A stretch of DNA of 64,000 bases from Octopus bimaculoides (taxonomy: Eukaryota): NCBI RefSeq assembly GCF_001194135.2, contig NC_068983.1:162645780-162709779 (forward strand), read 5' to 3'. Positions 51,810 to 63,777 of this stretch are shown here, in pieces. Under the pieces are notes generated by a model. It did not search any database, was not told the origin of the DNA, and worked only from the letters and a program-made list of their open reading frames with translations. Each line of letters opens with the position of its first letter. Position 1 is the stretch's first letter. The position numbers were made by a program, and so were the translations under genes.

Positions 51810-52669
51810 AATAATAATAACCATGATAATTCATTGCACATTGTTGGTTCTATAAATGTATTCGTTAGGACAGTGAACTAAATCATATTTTTAGTTTTAT
51901 AAACTTTTAATATAATACCATCGCGTTTGGCAATTACTATTTTTAGTGTATTGCAACCGACCGACCAACCGACCGACCGACCGACCGACTGACCAATCGA
52001 TGACTTCAACTACTTATCCATTACTTCTATGTATGTGTGTGTGTATGTATGTATGTATGTATGTATGTATGTATGCATGTATGTGTGTGTATGTATGTAT
52101 GTATGTGCGTACGTATGTACGTACGTATGTATGTATGTATTTTATGTATGTACGTACGTAGGTACGTATGTATGTACGTAGGTACGTATGTATGTACGTA
52201 CGTATGTATGTACGTATGTATGTACGTACGTATGTATCTATATCTGTATGCGTGCGTATGTTTATATGTATGTATGTATGCTCAGAGTATGACATTAGAC
52301 TGTATCCAATGGTAAGGCACCATTTCGGCAGTTCTGGAAATGTGGGGAAAGTGGAGTCACCCCTTAATTACCATTCCTCTAAGGTCTGTTCTCATTCGGA
52401 ACGGAACTGCGTGTCAAGGCCTTGTCTACGGGTTAAGTAGATTTTCCAGGGGTACCGAACTCTCCCGTTAATTTTGACATAGCCTTGGGAAAAGCAACGT
52501 TTTTAGGAGAAAGATGCAGTCAAAATAGCTCCAATCATCTGGCAATGGTTGTCCTTGAAATCTACTATGGCGACCGAACCAGTGGCAAAAGTGTTGTGCA
52601 AGCTTTTGTTACTTAAATTTAATGACGTACAGATTATTAACAATGGATGGTGTCCTCATCTTGTTTGTT

Positions 52670-52716
52670 ATCGGAATGTTTCGGCTGATGTACTCTCCAG
52701 CTTTCATCAGGTGTTC
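52670..52716 (-). ncRNA. Hammerhead relic
   Basis: Reverse strand CTGATGA-AA-GCTG/10-nt loop/CAGC-C-GAAA-CAT; stems I and III decayed. Confidence 0.5.
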
Positions 52717-52787
52717 TGGTGGAATTTCGAACCCAACCCTTTATTTGACTGATGGAGTACTCTGTTCTCATTCTTAAGGTGTTTTTT

Positions 52788-52860
52788 GCGTATAGCGTAG
52801 TGGTTTAGAGCGCGGGTTACTAATCCCCAAATTCAGGGTTCAATCCTGGACAGTGACTTG
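52788..52860 (+). mobile_element. tRNA-like SINE head of a fourth type
   Basis: A-box-like TAGCGTAGTGG, B-box-like GGTTCAATCC; no complete acceptor stem. Confidence 0.65.
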
Positions 52861-53089
52861 AATAAATACTAATAATAACATCAGCAAGAAATACAAGGTG
52901 AGTACACCTATCCGTCCGATGTAAATATTGTACATAATTCCTCATCTCTAACATACAGAACGGTATGATGTACAGATGTCTCACTATTTATTAATTTGTA
53001 AAAATGAGACAATCATATATGATTTTTCTTTGAGTTTAATTTAAGTTCTTCTTGGGAGAGTTGAAGCTGGTCGCTAAGAAAGACTTTTT

Positions 53090-53300
53090 GAGTTAAGAGA
53101 TTTCCCGGTGTTTGTAAATATGTGGTTGAGTTGGTGTGTTGGTTGAACTGTCGATGCAGACACTTGGATGTCTGCATCTATTCACATAAGATTCTCAGAT
53201 GGAAAATTTGGGGAATGTCTTACAAATCTTCACTGTGCCACTAATAGATTGGATTTGGAGAATCCGCGTCAGTTTCTTTTGCTCTTTTCCCGTCAAACCG
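53090..53300 (-). repeat. Dispersed repeat, possibly a Penelope-like ORF tail, copy 1
   Basis: Colinear with 56360-56570; reverse strand STVQPTHQLNHIFTNTGKSLNS. Confidence 0.55.
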
Positions 53301-53432
53301 AGTATTTCTTGGTTTTTATGCAAATTTGTTGATACCTAACCAAGTGTACCTATGATGATAGGTACAAATGAGAATTCATTGTCGGGGTACAAGAGATGTA
53401 AGTACCACATTAGTTCACCATAAATACTATGT

Positions 53433-53693
53433 ATGTCATTGTTCAGTTTCATTTCAAGATTTCTTGCCAATAGAGAAAGAACCGGTTTCTAACCTAGATC
53501 CAAGGCTCCTTCATTGGAATTTCGACATCAAAAACAGGGTATTTTTGTTTGTATGTTTGTATGTATGTGCAGATTTGTATGTTTTGTTTTATGTATGTAT
53601 TCTCATGCATATAGCTACATATCTAGACATGCTCATATATATTTAAATGATGAACTTCTGAAAAGTTTTACAGATTTTTACAGTTCCAGTGAT
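53433..53693. repeat. Unclassified ~280-bp dispersed repeat, copy 2
   Basis: Colinear with 5843-6121. Confidence 0.85.
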
Positions 53694-53714
53694 GTATGTA
53701 CGTATGTATGTATG

Positions 53715-53745
<31 letters not shown>

Positions 53746-54067
53746 GGACGTATGTATGTAATGGTGTATGTATGTATGTATGCAAGCATGTTTGTATGTA
53801 CGTACGTATGTATGTATGTACGTATGTATGTATATATATATGTATGTACGTGTGTACTTACCCTTTATTCCGATTTATGTATTTGCGTATGTATGTAACT
53901 ATCTACATTCACAAAATTCATTTATGTGTAACTTTTTAAAATTATTCAATTTTTTCATTCAAAGAAGCTGATTCCGACCCCTCCCCACCCAAAGAAAAAG
54001 TAATCGAGTTCCATTTCTGTAATTTGGATAACAACAACCACGCGAGAACGATATATGTCAAAGTTTG

Positions 54068-54280
54068 AAGGCGGCAAACTGGCAGAATTGTTAGCACGCC
54101 GGGCGAAATGCTTGGCGGTATTTCGTCTGTCTTTACATTCTGAGTTCAAATTCCGCCGAGGTCGACTTTGCCTTTCATCCTTTCGGGGTCGATAAATTAA
54201 GTACCAGTTGCCTACTGGGGTCGATCTAATCGACTGGCCCCTCTCCCAAAATATCAGGCCTTGTGTCTAGAGTAGAAAAG
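54068..54280 (+). mobile_element. Full-length SINE family B with decayed TSD
   Basis: GATATATGTCAAAGTTTG (54050-67) / GATATATGCGAATGTTGG (54281-98). Confidence 0.92.
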
Positions 54281-54589
54281 GATATATGCGAATGTTGGGT
54301 CTTGCGTATCTTTAGTTTCCTTCTTACAGATTGTGTTGTGTGTCGTTGCCTGAACACTTCATCTTTTTGAGCTCAGCAAATCTTGGTTATTATGTGTTCT
54401 TAATATCAAAGCCAAATGTACCAATAATTATATGTACAAATTATAAACTTATAATCTGAAGGTTTAGAAGTTGTCTGCAAATATTCTCTTTCTTATCGAT
54501 TTTGAAATAAATATTCTCTTCTGACCTTCTGTAACTGTAATTAATGATTTTGCTGTTCCAAACACTCTATCAGGTCTATAATATAATAT

Positions 54590-54725
54590 AACATATTATA
54601 ATATAATATAATATAATATAATATAATATAATATAACATAATATAATATAATATAATATAATATAACATAATATAATATAATATAATATAATATAATATA
54701 ATATAATATAATATAATGTAATATG
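54590..54725. repeat. (ATAAT)n pentanucleotide array
   Basis: Directly visible. Confidence 0.95.
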
Positions 54726-54762
54726 ATATATTATACTACACTATATAACATTACATTATATT

Positions 54763-54960
54763 GGTTTCAAATTTCAGATGGTGGGGGAAGTAAGTCGATT
54801 ACAGTTGACCTCAGTACTCAACTGGTACTTATTTTATCGAACCCAAAAGGATGAAAGGCAAAGTCAACCTCGGCGGCATTTCAACTCAGACAGTCAAGAC
54901 GGACGAAATGCCACTAAGCATTTTGTCCGGTGTGCTAACGACCCTATCAGTCACCGCCTT
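54763..54960 (-). mobile_element. SINE family B
   Basis: Reverse complement of the family B body ending CACCGCCTT. Confidence 0.85.
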
Positions 54961-55424
54961 AACATTCCATTATATCAAGCCTATTATTTGCACCTAACAG
55001 ATTTTTTTTTATTATTTATGTGTCATTTTTAATTGTAGAATTTTTTCATGAAGAAAAGAGCTCGTTTCTAACAAAGAAACAAAGTGCCTTCATTGGATGA
55101 GTGTTACGCGTTGATCTTTAAGAAAGTCTTACATATCTTTACTGTTCAACTTACAGAATATAGAAATATTGCATTTCTAAATCTCTCAAAGAGACTTATA
55201 CAGAATCACAGCACAATAAAGTAATGGTTTGTTGCCAATTTAATGTGGAAGTCCCAGGAAAGGGGAGAATGTACTGCTATTTATCGTGCTGCTACTGTAT
55301 TAGTCTCTCTGAGAGATTTAGACATGCAATATTTCTGATTTTGTAGATCAGTGAATATATTTCACTTGAAATTCTTTAAGTTTTCAAAGGCGAATAAGCA
55401 TCGACAGCTAGCAAGCCAAGCTAC

Positions 55425-55467
55425 TCCAGACTGACGAAGAGCAATGACTCTGAAACTAGTCTCTGGA
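55425..55467 (+). ncRNA. Apparently intact minimal type I hammerhead ribozyme
   Basis: Stem I TCCAGA/TCTGGA (6 of 6); CTGACGA 55431-37; stem II AGAG/CTCT (4 of 4) with CAATGA loop; GAAA 55452-55; palindromic stem III ACTAGT; GUC site at C55461. Confidence 0.88.
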
Positions 55468-56359
55468 TGCTGGCTTTGCTGGGTTGAGGTGCTTATATCC
55501 CCTCTGTTTGAAAACGTAAGGACACAGAACGCTTGTGTCACATAGCCAAGTGGAAACGATGTTTCCTGGGGCTAAATAGCAGTAGCATTCTTCCCTTTCC
55601 TGTGATTGCCACATTAAGTTGGCAACAAACCATCACTTTACGGAATATAATTGTAAAATGTGTGTTAACCCGTCCCTTTCTTTGCCAGAAAATCCCAGCT
55701 ACTCCAGCTTGTGGCTTAAGCACTTACTCTCATAACCAAATGCACCAGTAATTACTGATATAAATGTAAATTCATAATCGGAGTCGAAGAGCTGCAAGCT
55801 TCAGAGCAATTGCCCATAAATATTCTCCTTGCTTATTTCGGAAAAGATGTTCATATCTGAAAGACAACAACCTCTGTGACTGTAGATGACTTTTCTATTT
55901 CAGACAATTACGTGTATGAGGCCTGTTGTGTTTACACTGCACAAACGTTTTGATAGGAATGTTCCATCAACGTTCCCTGTGTTGAGATGTATGCAATCAA
56001 TGGCAGAGGTGTTTATATTTATCTCTGAAATGTTTTATAAATTTCCGCTGTTCCTCCGATCGATTGTATTTGGAGAATTTGACTCAGTCTTCTCTGGAGA
56101 ACCGCAGCATTTCTACCTTTTTATGCTGCTTTATTGTTACGTAACCCGTGCATCTGTGATAAGAGAACCAAACGTAAATTTATGGCCTCGATATAAGAGT
56201 TGTGTATTTTTCATTAGTTCTCTGTAAACATTCTTCTTTTCCCTAGCAATTGTGCAACTGGTCACTACAACAACGTATGTCTGTGTTTGTGTGTATGCAT
56301 GATTTCTTTTTGAGGGAATTCAAGCCAGTCAAGAAAGCGACAAAAATTATTTCTGAATT

Positions 56360-56570
56360 GAGAGAGTTCCCAGTGTTTGTAAATATGTGGTTGAATTGGT
56401 GCGTTGGTTGAGTTGTTGATGCACGCACCAAAGTGTGTGCATCTAAGGAATCTCAGATGGAGGATCTTTGGAATGTCTTACAGATATTCACTATGGCACT
56501 GTGCCACTGTGCCACTGTGGATTTGGAGAATCTGCGTCAGTTTATTTTGCTCCTTCTTCGAAAAACTTAA
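56360..56570 (-). repeat. Dispersed repeat, possibly a Penelope-like ORF tail, copy 2
   Basis: Colinear with 53090-53300; reverse strand STTQPTHQFNHIFTNTGNSLNSEI. Confidence 0.55.
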
Positions 56571-57101
56571 TATTTCCATCTTTGGGATGTAGATGACAAA
56601 AACAGTGTCACATTTTAATCTTGAGAAAAGTTTTGCATATTTTGACTGTTTCACTTAGAAATTGTTTTTGTAATGTGTGAGTTAGGTCGGTAGTTCTTTT
56701 TACTGAAACTTCTAGCTTTTCCAGATTGTTACTTAGGCTTTTAGTAACAAAACTTATTATTGGTATAAATGTAAATTTGTAATCAGGATATAGAAACTGG
56801 AGGTTTTGAAGCGGTTGTTCATAGTCATCCTCTTACACTTTGGTTTTCGAAAGACCAGTTGCCCAGTGGATGTGAATGCTTCATCAACAGGTCATCTGAC
56901 CGCTTGTCTGACCCAAACAACAACAACAACCGACTTATGTTTACACTTGACTGATGTTTTGGTAGGGATGCTCTACCAATGTTCCATGTGTTGATGTTTA
57001 TGTATGTCTGTTTGTCTGTATGTATGTATATATGTATGTTTGTATGTTCTGTTTATGAATATGTATTTTTATAATATATACATATGTGTATATGTATTTT
57101 A

Positions 57102-57456
57102 TCTTTTACGTGTTTCAGTCAATGGACAGCGGCCATGCTGGGGCACCACTTCGAAGGGTTTTTGGTCGAAAATTTGGTGCTTACTCTATCAGATTCTTTT
57201 GCTGCACTGCTATATTATGGGGATATAAACAAACCAACATCGGTTGTCAAACGGTGGGGGACAGACATAAACAGAAAGGCACAGACACAGACAGACTTAT
57301 AAGATCAGCTTACTTCAGTTTCCGCCTACCAAATCCACTCATGAGGCTATGGTCTGGCCAGGACTATTGTAGAAGCCACTTGCCCAAGGTACCAAGCAAT
57401 GGAACTGAATACGGGACCACGTAGGTGGGAAGCAAACTTCTTACCAAACAGCCACG
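57102..57456 (-). mobile_element. Bipartite SINE family A, diverged
   Basis: Both halves recognisable with a short linker. Confidence 0.85.
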
Positions 57457-57481
57457 ATGTATGCATGTATGTATGTATGTG

Positions 57482-57540
<59 letters not shown>

Positions 57541-58524
57541 TTATTTATTTATTTATGTGTTTCAGCCAAGTGGCTGCGGTCATGCTGGTGGTGCACCAGC
57601 ATGTAATATATATATATATATATTACACACACACATACACACGCACCCCACAAAGCAGTCCTTGACATAACAGTGTTTTAAATGTCGTGTTTGAATCTAT
57701 GTCAAATGCGCTGATTAATGCTATTTCTCTTCCCAAGCCAGTTCCATGAGGTTATGAGTGATTCTTAGAATGTTTTCTGTGATAGCAACACTCGAGGGTC
57801 TGTCAGTAATTTACGTGTCTTTAGAAGACAACAAAAAGAAATAAAAATATAAAGTATTCCTTACTTGAACGATCAAGGGATTCATTTGACTGTTATCTAG
57901 GTTGATTTACAAACAAACACAATAGGACAAAGTTATCGATTACCGTTGTTCAATTTAAAATTCTATGTAGTTTGTAACAAAATCAATTAAAATAATATTT
58001 GTTTTTGTTTTGGCAAAATTAGTTTTTAAAATTTATTTTGTACTGTAAAACACAACATAATAGTTGTAAAATTCTTTGTTAATTGATTGTAAGAAATTTA
58101 AAAGAAAAAACATAACTTTGTTTGCAGACTATCATTAAATAAACAAAGAGAAATTTACAAGCTTTGAAAACGAATAATAAAATATTTATTTTGCACACTT
58201 GTACACGTTTTACGCACTCCGATATCTTTGTATTTTATAGTTTCACTGAATAATTGCTTATTTCTAGCTTGAAGGTGATTTAACAGCTATTACAGAAATG
58301 TCTGTGTAACCGAAGAGGTTTTGTAGAATCACCGCTGAAAGATTTACCCTACTCTGGTGATATGAGAGCACATACAACACCCAAAGCTATGGTAATCTCC
58401 CCAAGCTATTGTAAAAACGAGGACTCAGGGATGTTCCAATTAAGAACTGAACCGATTTATCGGACTCCATTCCCCAGGAGTTACCACTACTCATTAGATC
58501 AAACGCTTAAGGCTAAATTATGAT

Positions 58525-58615
58525 AGTCTCATAGCCGACCCAAGCCTTGTAAGGAGATTTGACAGACGGAAACTGAAAGAAGCCTGTTGTTTATATATGT
58601 GTGTGTGTGTATGTG

Positions 58616-58658
<43 letters not shown>

Positions 58659-58867
58659 GCCTTTGTGTCCGTGTTTCTTCATACCTACGTTTGATAACCG
58701 GTGTTGGTGCGTTTACGTCCCCGTAACCTAGCAGTTCGGCAAAACAGACCGATAGCGTACCAGGCTTAGGAAAATAAGTACTGGAGTCGATTCGTTCGAC
58801 CAAAATTCTTTAAGACGGTGCCTCAACAGGGCCGCAGTCCAGCGGCTGAAACAAGTAAAAAATAAAA

Positions 58868-58868
<1 letters not shown>
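58525..58868 (+). mobile_element. Bipartite SINE family A, 5'-truncated, internal (TG)n
   Basis: GACGGAAACTGAAAGAAGCC + (TG)n + tail ending GCTGAAACAAGTAAAAAATAAAAG. Confidence 0.85.
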
Positions 58869-58911
<43 letters not shown>

Positions 58912-59054
58912 ATAATATAATAAATATAATATACTATAAAATAATTATATATATATATATATATAGAGAGAGAGAAGAGTAAAAACCCTCTTCGGTCATG
59001 AATGACCATGGGATTGTACCTAGAAAGTTTCCCTCCGTGGCACAACTCCGGGCA

Positions 59055-59605
59055 GCGAAATTTTTTTCCCACGAGAGTTCCGGACCCCAGTAATGAACTC
59101 CATTTGCATACATCCAATTAGAGCTCACCTTGACCTTGTTGTCAAGTTAACAAGCACACTCTACCAAGTAAACTCAAGGCGAAGAACGCTGCTGTAAGTC
59201 GACCGATGGCCAAGTTATGCCTGATTTTAGAAGGAGACAAGTAATTAGATAGATTTGCTTCTATACCTGTTATCGGATTTTGTTAGGGGCCTCATATAGT
59301 AAAGATGTGGATGGGGAAAATGTGGGTAGAGGGTGATGTGCTAGCAACCCTCTCCCCTTACTGTTTTACAAAGTAAACAACACAAATAACTACGCAGAGG
59401 CAGCCATGGTTGGAACAAGAACAAGAACAACAAGCATTCTTAAAAGAGAAAAGAAGCATGGTCATTCCTTAACCAAGTGACCTTGTCTTATCGCCCATCG
59501 CTTGTTATGAGCTCATAAATTAGTTTGATAGTTGAGCTCTGATTGGCTGTATGCAAATAAGTTCATAACTGGGATCCGGAACTCTTGTGGGGAAAAAAAT
59601 TTCGC
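59055..59605. mobile_element. 551-bp MITE with ~72-bp TIRs and 9-bp TSD (Mutator/MULE-like)
   Basis: TIRs 59055-59126 and 59534-59605 begin GCGAAATTTTTTTCCC; TSD CTCCGGGCA (59046-54) / GTCCGGGCA (59606-14). Confidence 0.85.
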
Positions 59606-59614
59606 GTCCGGGCA

Positions 59615-59870
59615 AGGTTGTTTATGGAAGACATGGAAGTTGCTCATGCATACCAGCCACCCCTTTCGATGCCACCGATGTTATCCAAGGGAAAGGCAAA
59701 GGCCCATGCATCTTGACATCAGTGACGACGTGACTCAGTTTTACAGCTGAGTGAACTGGAGCAACGTGAAATAAAGTGTCTTGCTCAAGAACACAACACG
59801 CGACCCGGTCCGGGATTCGAACTCACTACCACATGATAGTGAGTCCGACGCTCTAACCACCGAACCATGC
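59615..59870 (-). mobile_element. SINE family C, interrupted by the MITE at its 3' end
   Basis: Head with GGGATTCGAACTC..CTCTAACCAC on the reverse strand; body shared with 37255-37320. Confidence 0.8.
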
Positions 59871-59889
59871 GTATATATAAAGCAAATAT

Positions 59890-60085
59890 TAGTTTCAAAT
59901 TCTGGTACTAGGACAGAAATTTCGGGGGAAGGTATGAGTCGTTTACATCGACCCCAGTGTTCAACTGGTACTTTATTTCATCGACCCCCGAAAGGACAAA
60001 TCAACTTCGGCCGAGTTTAAAATCAGGGCATAAAGAAGGACAAAATGCTGCTATGCGTTTTGCGCGGTCTGCTGACAATTCCTAC
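59890..60085 (-). mobile_element. SINE family B, old copy
   Basis: CATCGACCCCAGTGTTCAACTGGTACTT...ATCGACCCCCGAAAGGA. Confidence 0.75.
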
Positions 60086-60799
60086 ATGTTCGATAAATAT
60101 TAGCATTTATTCATCGCAGAACATTTGGTGATGTGGAATAAGCAATTGTATTCCAGCAACTGACGAGTTGAGGTCAGGAAACACCAGCGACGGTTTGGCT
60201 GTTTTATTTAACAATTTTTAGTTTTAATCAAACAAGTTTTGTTACAGGGAATGAATTATTAGAAAAATTTAGATACAAATTCTTGTTGTGTCAAATATTG
60301 ACAGTTTTAAAATAAAAATTCAAATAAAATCAGTGTCTGTGAAATGTTTTAGATTTTTTCTAAATATTTCTTACAAAATCATTTTATAAATAAATCTATT
60401 TGAACTTTAATCTCTTAAATGTCTTCGATTTATATATTTTACCTCCATCACCATTGCATCGCGGTCATCCTGAATTATGATTGGCCCATCTGATCGATCA
60501 GTTAACACACTCAATTATCTATATGCGTGTTTGTATTTGGAATTGCATGGTTGTATTTTGTCTATGTTTGCCCACATGAGTATTTCCTCCATATATATAC
60601 ATGTGGTCAGTCAAACATACCTAAAATGTATATGTTGTTATTGTTAACCCTAGGTCAGTTTTGAACCAGTAGTCCTATGATCAAAGCTATTCCATTCACG
60701 ACCGTCTCACCTTATATGTTCTGTTTATAGTTCGCCTCTTTGTTCATCCCCCTCTGTCTGTCTGTCCCTGGCTCTGTTTGTGTGCTAGTATCTCTAGGC

Positions 60800-61062
60800 C
60801 GGTGGTTCGCAACCAGGGTCCTTGTGGCTCTTAAGGCTCCATATCATATAAGATTTTGTTGTTAAAATTTATGCGCAATAAATTTGTAAACTCTTGTACA
60901 ATACACAATACATTTTACCAATTTTTAAAAACAATTCCTTATAATATTTAATTATCAAAATACAATAGGATTTTTTAAAACATTGAATAGTTACGAGAGT
61001 CCACTTGATTGAAATAGGCATCAAAGGAGTTTACACAGGTAAAAAGTGGTTGAGAACCAGTG
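60800..61062. mobile_element. hAT (Charlie/Buster-type) MITE
   Basis: TIRs CGGTGGTTCGCAACC / GGTTGAGAACCAGTG (CAGTGGTTCTCAAC-type); 8-bp flanks CTCTAGGC / ATTTAGAC with central TA. Confidence 0.75.
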
Positions 61063-61254
61063 ATTTAGACCAAAGACTCTAAATGGAATATGGCGGACAA
61101 ATATTCTCTCACCTATGGTCGATATATATAATATGTACTATTGGTCTCTCTGATACTATAATGTCATACAATGTCATAATGTTAAACGAGAATATTGTGA
61201 ATCTTTGTCTCTGTCACATTTGGGAGTCAGATGGACATTAAAATCATGGCTGAC

Positions 61255-61309
<55 letters not shown>

Positions 61310-62178
61310 GCGCTCGCATATATATGTATATTATAGATCAAGGTTTTGGATGTTTTTGAATGCTGTGGTTCATGTATTCACATAAACGTTTTTTTTCTAA
61401 TGATGTAATGCCTCTATTAAGCAATTACAAGTTCATATATATATATATATATAGATAATTTATATATCTATATCTATATATGATGGACTCTCCCGTCATT
61501 AGGCGACGTATGAGGGTTCGACAATTTCTTACTGAACAACAACACAGATGATTTGTTCTCTGTTTGTCTCTCTCTCTATTTCTTCAGCGACTATTGTACC
61601 ACAACGTTTCCTGCAAATATTCTGTTTCTGCTCAGGACCCCAGAAAAAAAACCCCATCCATTTTTGACCGCATCTTCTGAGAAATATAAAACCCCATTTC
61701 CTCATTATGCGTTCACAATTTTACTTCTGTAACTCAACTGTTACAGTTTGTTTGTTTATAAAAATATCGACGTGTACGACTTGTTGACAATGTTTTCCCT
61801 CTCGTTCTGACATCCGGACACAGCTTTAACTAGTTTAGTCTTCACCGATGACAGCTAAATTTTGCTTCCTTCCTACCTTAAGATATTAACCGACATTTTT
61901 CATTTTTTTACCAATGTTTGAAACGATGTCGAAACATTCATGAAGTCGGTTTGAACGTTTAATATTTTTCTTTACAATTTTACTTTTCCAGCATTTGAAA
62001 CGCCCAGACGATACCAGCTTCTTTTTTGTCTCCCGTTTTGCACACACAACACACACACAAACACGTTTATTTCGGTTATTTTTTTTATTTATTATCTATC
62101 CTTTTTTATCTGATTTATTTGTGATTGGACTGCGGCTATGCTGGGACATTGTCTTGAAGGGTTTAATACAAGGGGTGG

Positions 62179-62296
62179 AGAAGGTCGGTGAGGTGGCAGA
62201 AGCGTTAGCACGCCGGGCGAAATTCTTAGTGGTATTTCGTCTGTCTTTGCGTTCTGAGTTCAAATTCCGCTGTGGTCGACTTTGCCTTTCATCCTT
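62179..62296 (+). mobile_element. SINE family B running into a gap
   Basis: GGCAGAAGCGTTAGCACGCCGGGCGAAA...GTCGACTTTGCCTTTCATCCTT. Confidence 0.9.
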
Positions 62297-63249
62297 NNNN
62301 NNNNNNNNNNNNNNNNNNNNNNNNNNNNNNNNNNNNNNNNNNNNNNNNNNNNNNNNNNNNNNNNNNNNNNNNNNNNNNNNNNNNNNNNNNNNNNNNNNNN
62401 NNNNNNNNNNNNNNNNNNNNNNNNNNNNNNNNNNNNNNNNNNNNNNNNNNNNNNNNNNNNNNNNNNNNNNNNNNNNNNNNNNNNNNNNNNNNNNNNNNNN
62501 NNTATACATCTACGTATAATTCGATATCCATTAATAAAGATAAGTAGAACGCATTAAATTAACGCGTAACATCTTCATTAACGCCGCCACTGAATTTAGA
62601 ACTTAGGTATTACTTATGAGGTATTCTATATTTTTCCAGCTAAAGTGTAGTTGGGTCTCAAGGGGGTGGTACAAACCTAGCAATATGTGTTTTATAGTGA
62701 AAACAAAATTTCCATTCAAATGGCAATTACCAGACGATTTTCTGTTCGAGTCTAATCGTTTTAAGTCGTAGTGGAAAAGCGACCTATGTTGCACAGAGGC
62801 ATACGAATATTGAATAAGTTTTTTAATTGAAAAATTTATTATATTTTGTACATACGAGTAGACCAGCCTGCGGGCGTAATAAAATGGGCTCGCGGGCGCG
62901 GTATCTCCACTCCTGGTTTAATAGAACAAATCAGCTCCAGTACTTGTTTTTAAAATTTGTTACTTATTCTGTTAGTCTCAGCTGAGCTTAGTAAAATATC
63001 AAGAATTGTCGAAGGCTGAAGTGCCTTCAAGTACGTTGAAAAGAACAGCCTGTCATGGGGAGGTGGTCCTAGCTATGTCAAGGATAGGATTTCGCCGGGG
63101 GAGAACATCGGTGGTAGAGAACATTGGAGCAAATGTGACGACGGCTCTACTTACTTGTTGCTCATAATTAAAGGATGTCTGATGGAGATGATATTTTCTT
63201 GGTATGATGGCTTTTGTTGTTTTCTGATTATTGAAAATGACATGATTGA

Positions 63250-63360
63250 TACATCGCCATCATGGAAAGTGGTCGACCAACATGAGCTGTCAACCCAGCC
63301 GGATCGTCGGAAAATCGAGCAACATGGCCAAACAGACTGAGCTGGCGCTCCTCGAGCATA
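63250..63360 (-). mobile_element. RTE-type LINE C-terminal fragment
   Basis: Reverse strand EERQLSLFGHVARFSDDPA..GRP. Confidence 0.6.
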
Positions 63361-63606
63361 CAACAAACAGGTCTTATCAAATTAATTGCTAATTATTAAA
63401 TATTCAAATATATTCTGCTCAGTAATTACCAGAAACTTCTGTATTTTCCATTATTTATTGTTGAAGTTTAAAGTTTAGATTTCGATTGTGGGGTCAGAGT
63501 ATGGGTTTTAGGGTTAGCGTGAGAAGGAGTGGAAGAAAGACTTGAAATACAAAAGAGCAGAGGAGACAGTGTTCTGTGGATCAGAGACTAAGGTGGGAAA
63601 TGTTTT

Positions 63607-63777
63607 GGCACTTCTTAAATGCAGAGGTCCCGATGCATCGATGAAACGATGTTTTTACAGTGCACACTTATTAGGGTTAGGGTTAGTTTTGGGGTTAGTT
63701 TTAGGGTTAGGGTTAAGGGTTAGTTTTAGGGTTAAGGTTACGTAAATGTGTCGGGACCTCTGTATTTAAGTAGTACC
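63607..63777. mobile_element. 171-bp TIR element carrying TTAGGG-like repeats
   Basis: 27-bp TIRs GGCACTTCTTAAATGCAGAGGTCCCGA / TCGGGACCTCTGTATTTAAGTAGTACC (24 of 27); internal TTAGGG-variant array 63671-63740. Confidence 0.85.

Noticed and set aside
60128-60175. CTGACGA-G-TTGA-GG-TCAG-GAAA
   Set aside because: 2-nt loop, U-G closing pair and no properly placed UH site.
62659-62915. Possible hAT MITE remnant (GCGGGC-rich subterminal motifs, end CTCCACTCCTG)
   Set aside because: Left TIR is poor and no TSD was found.
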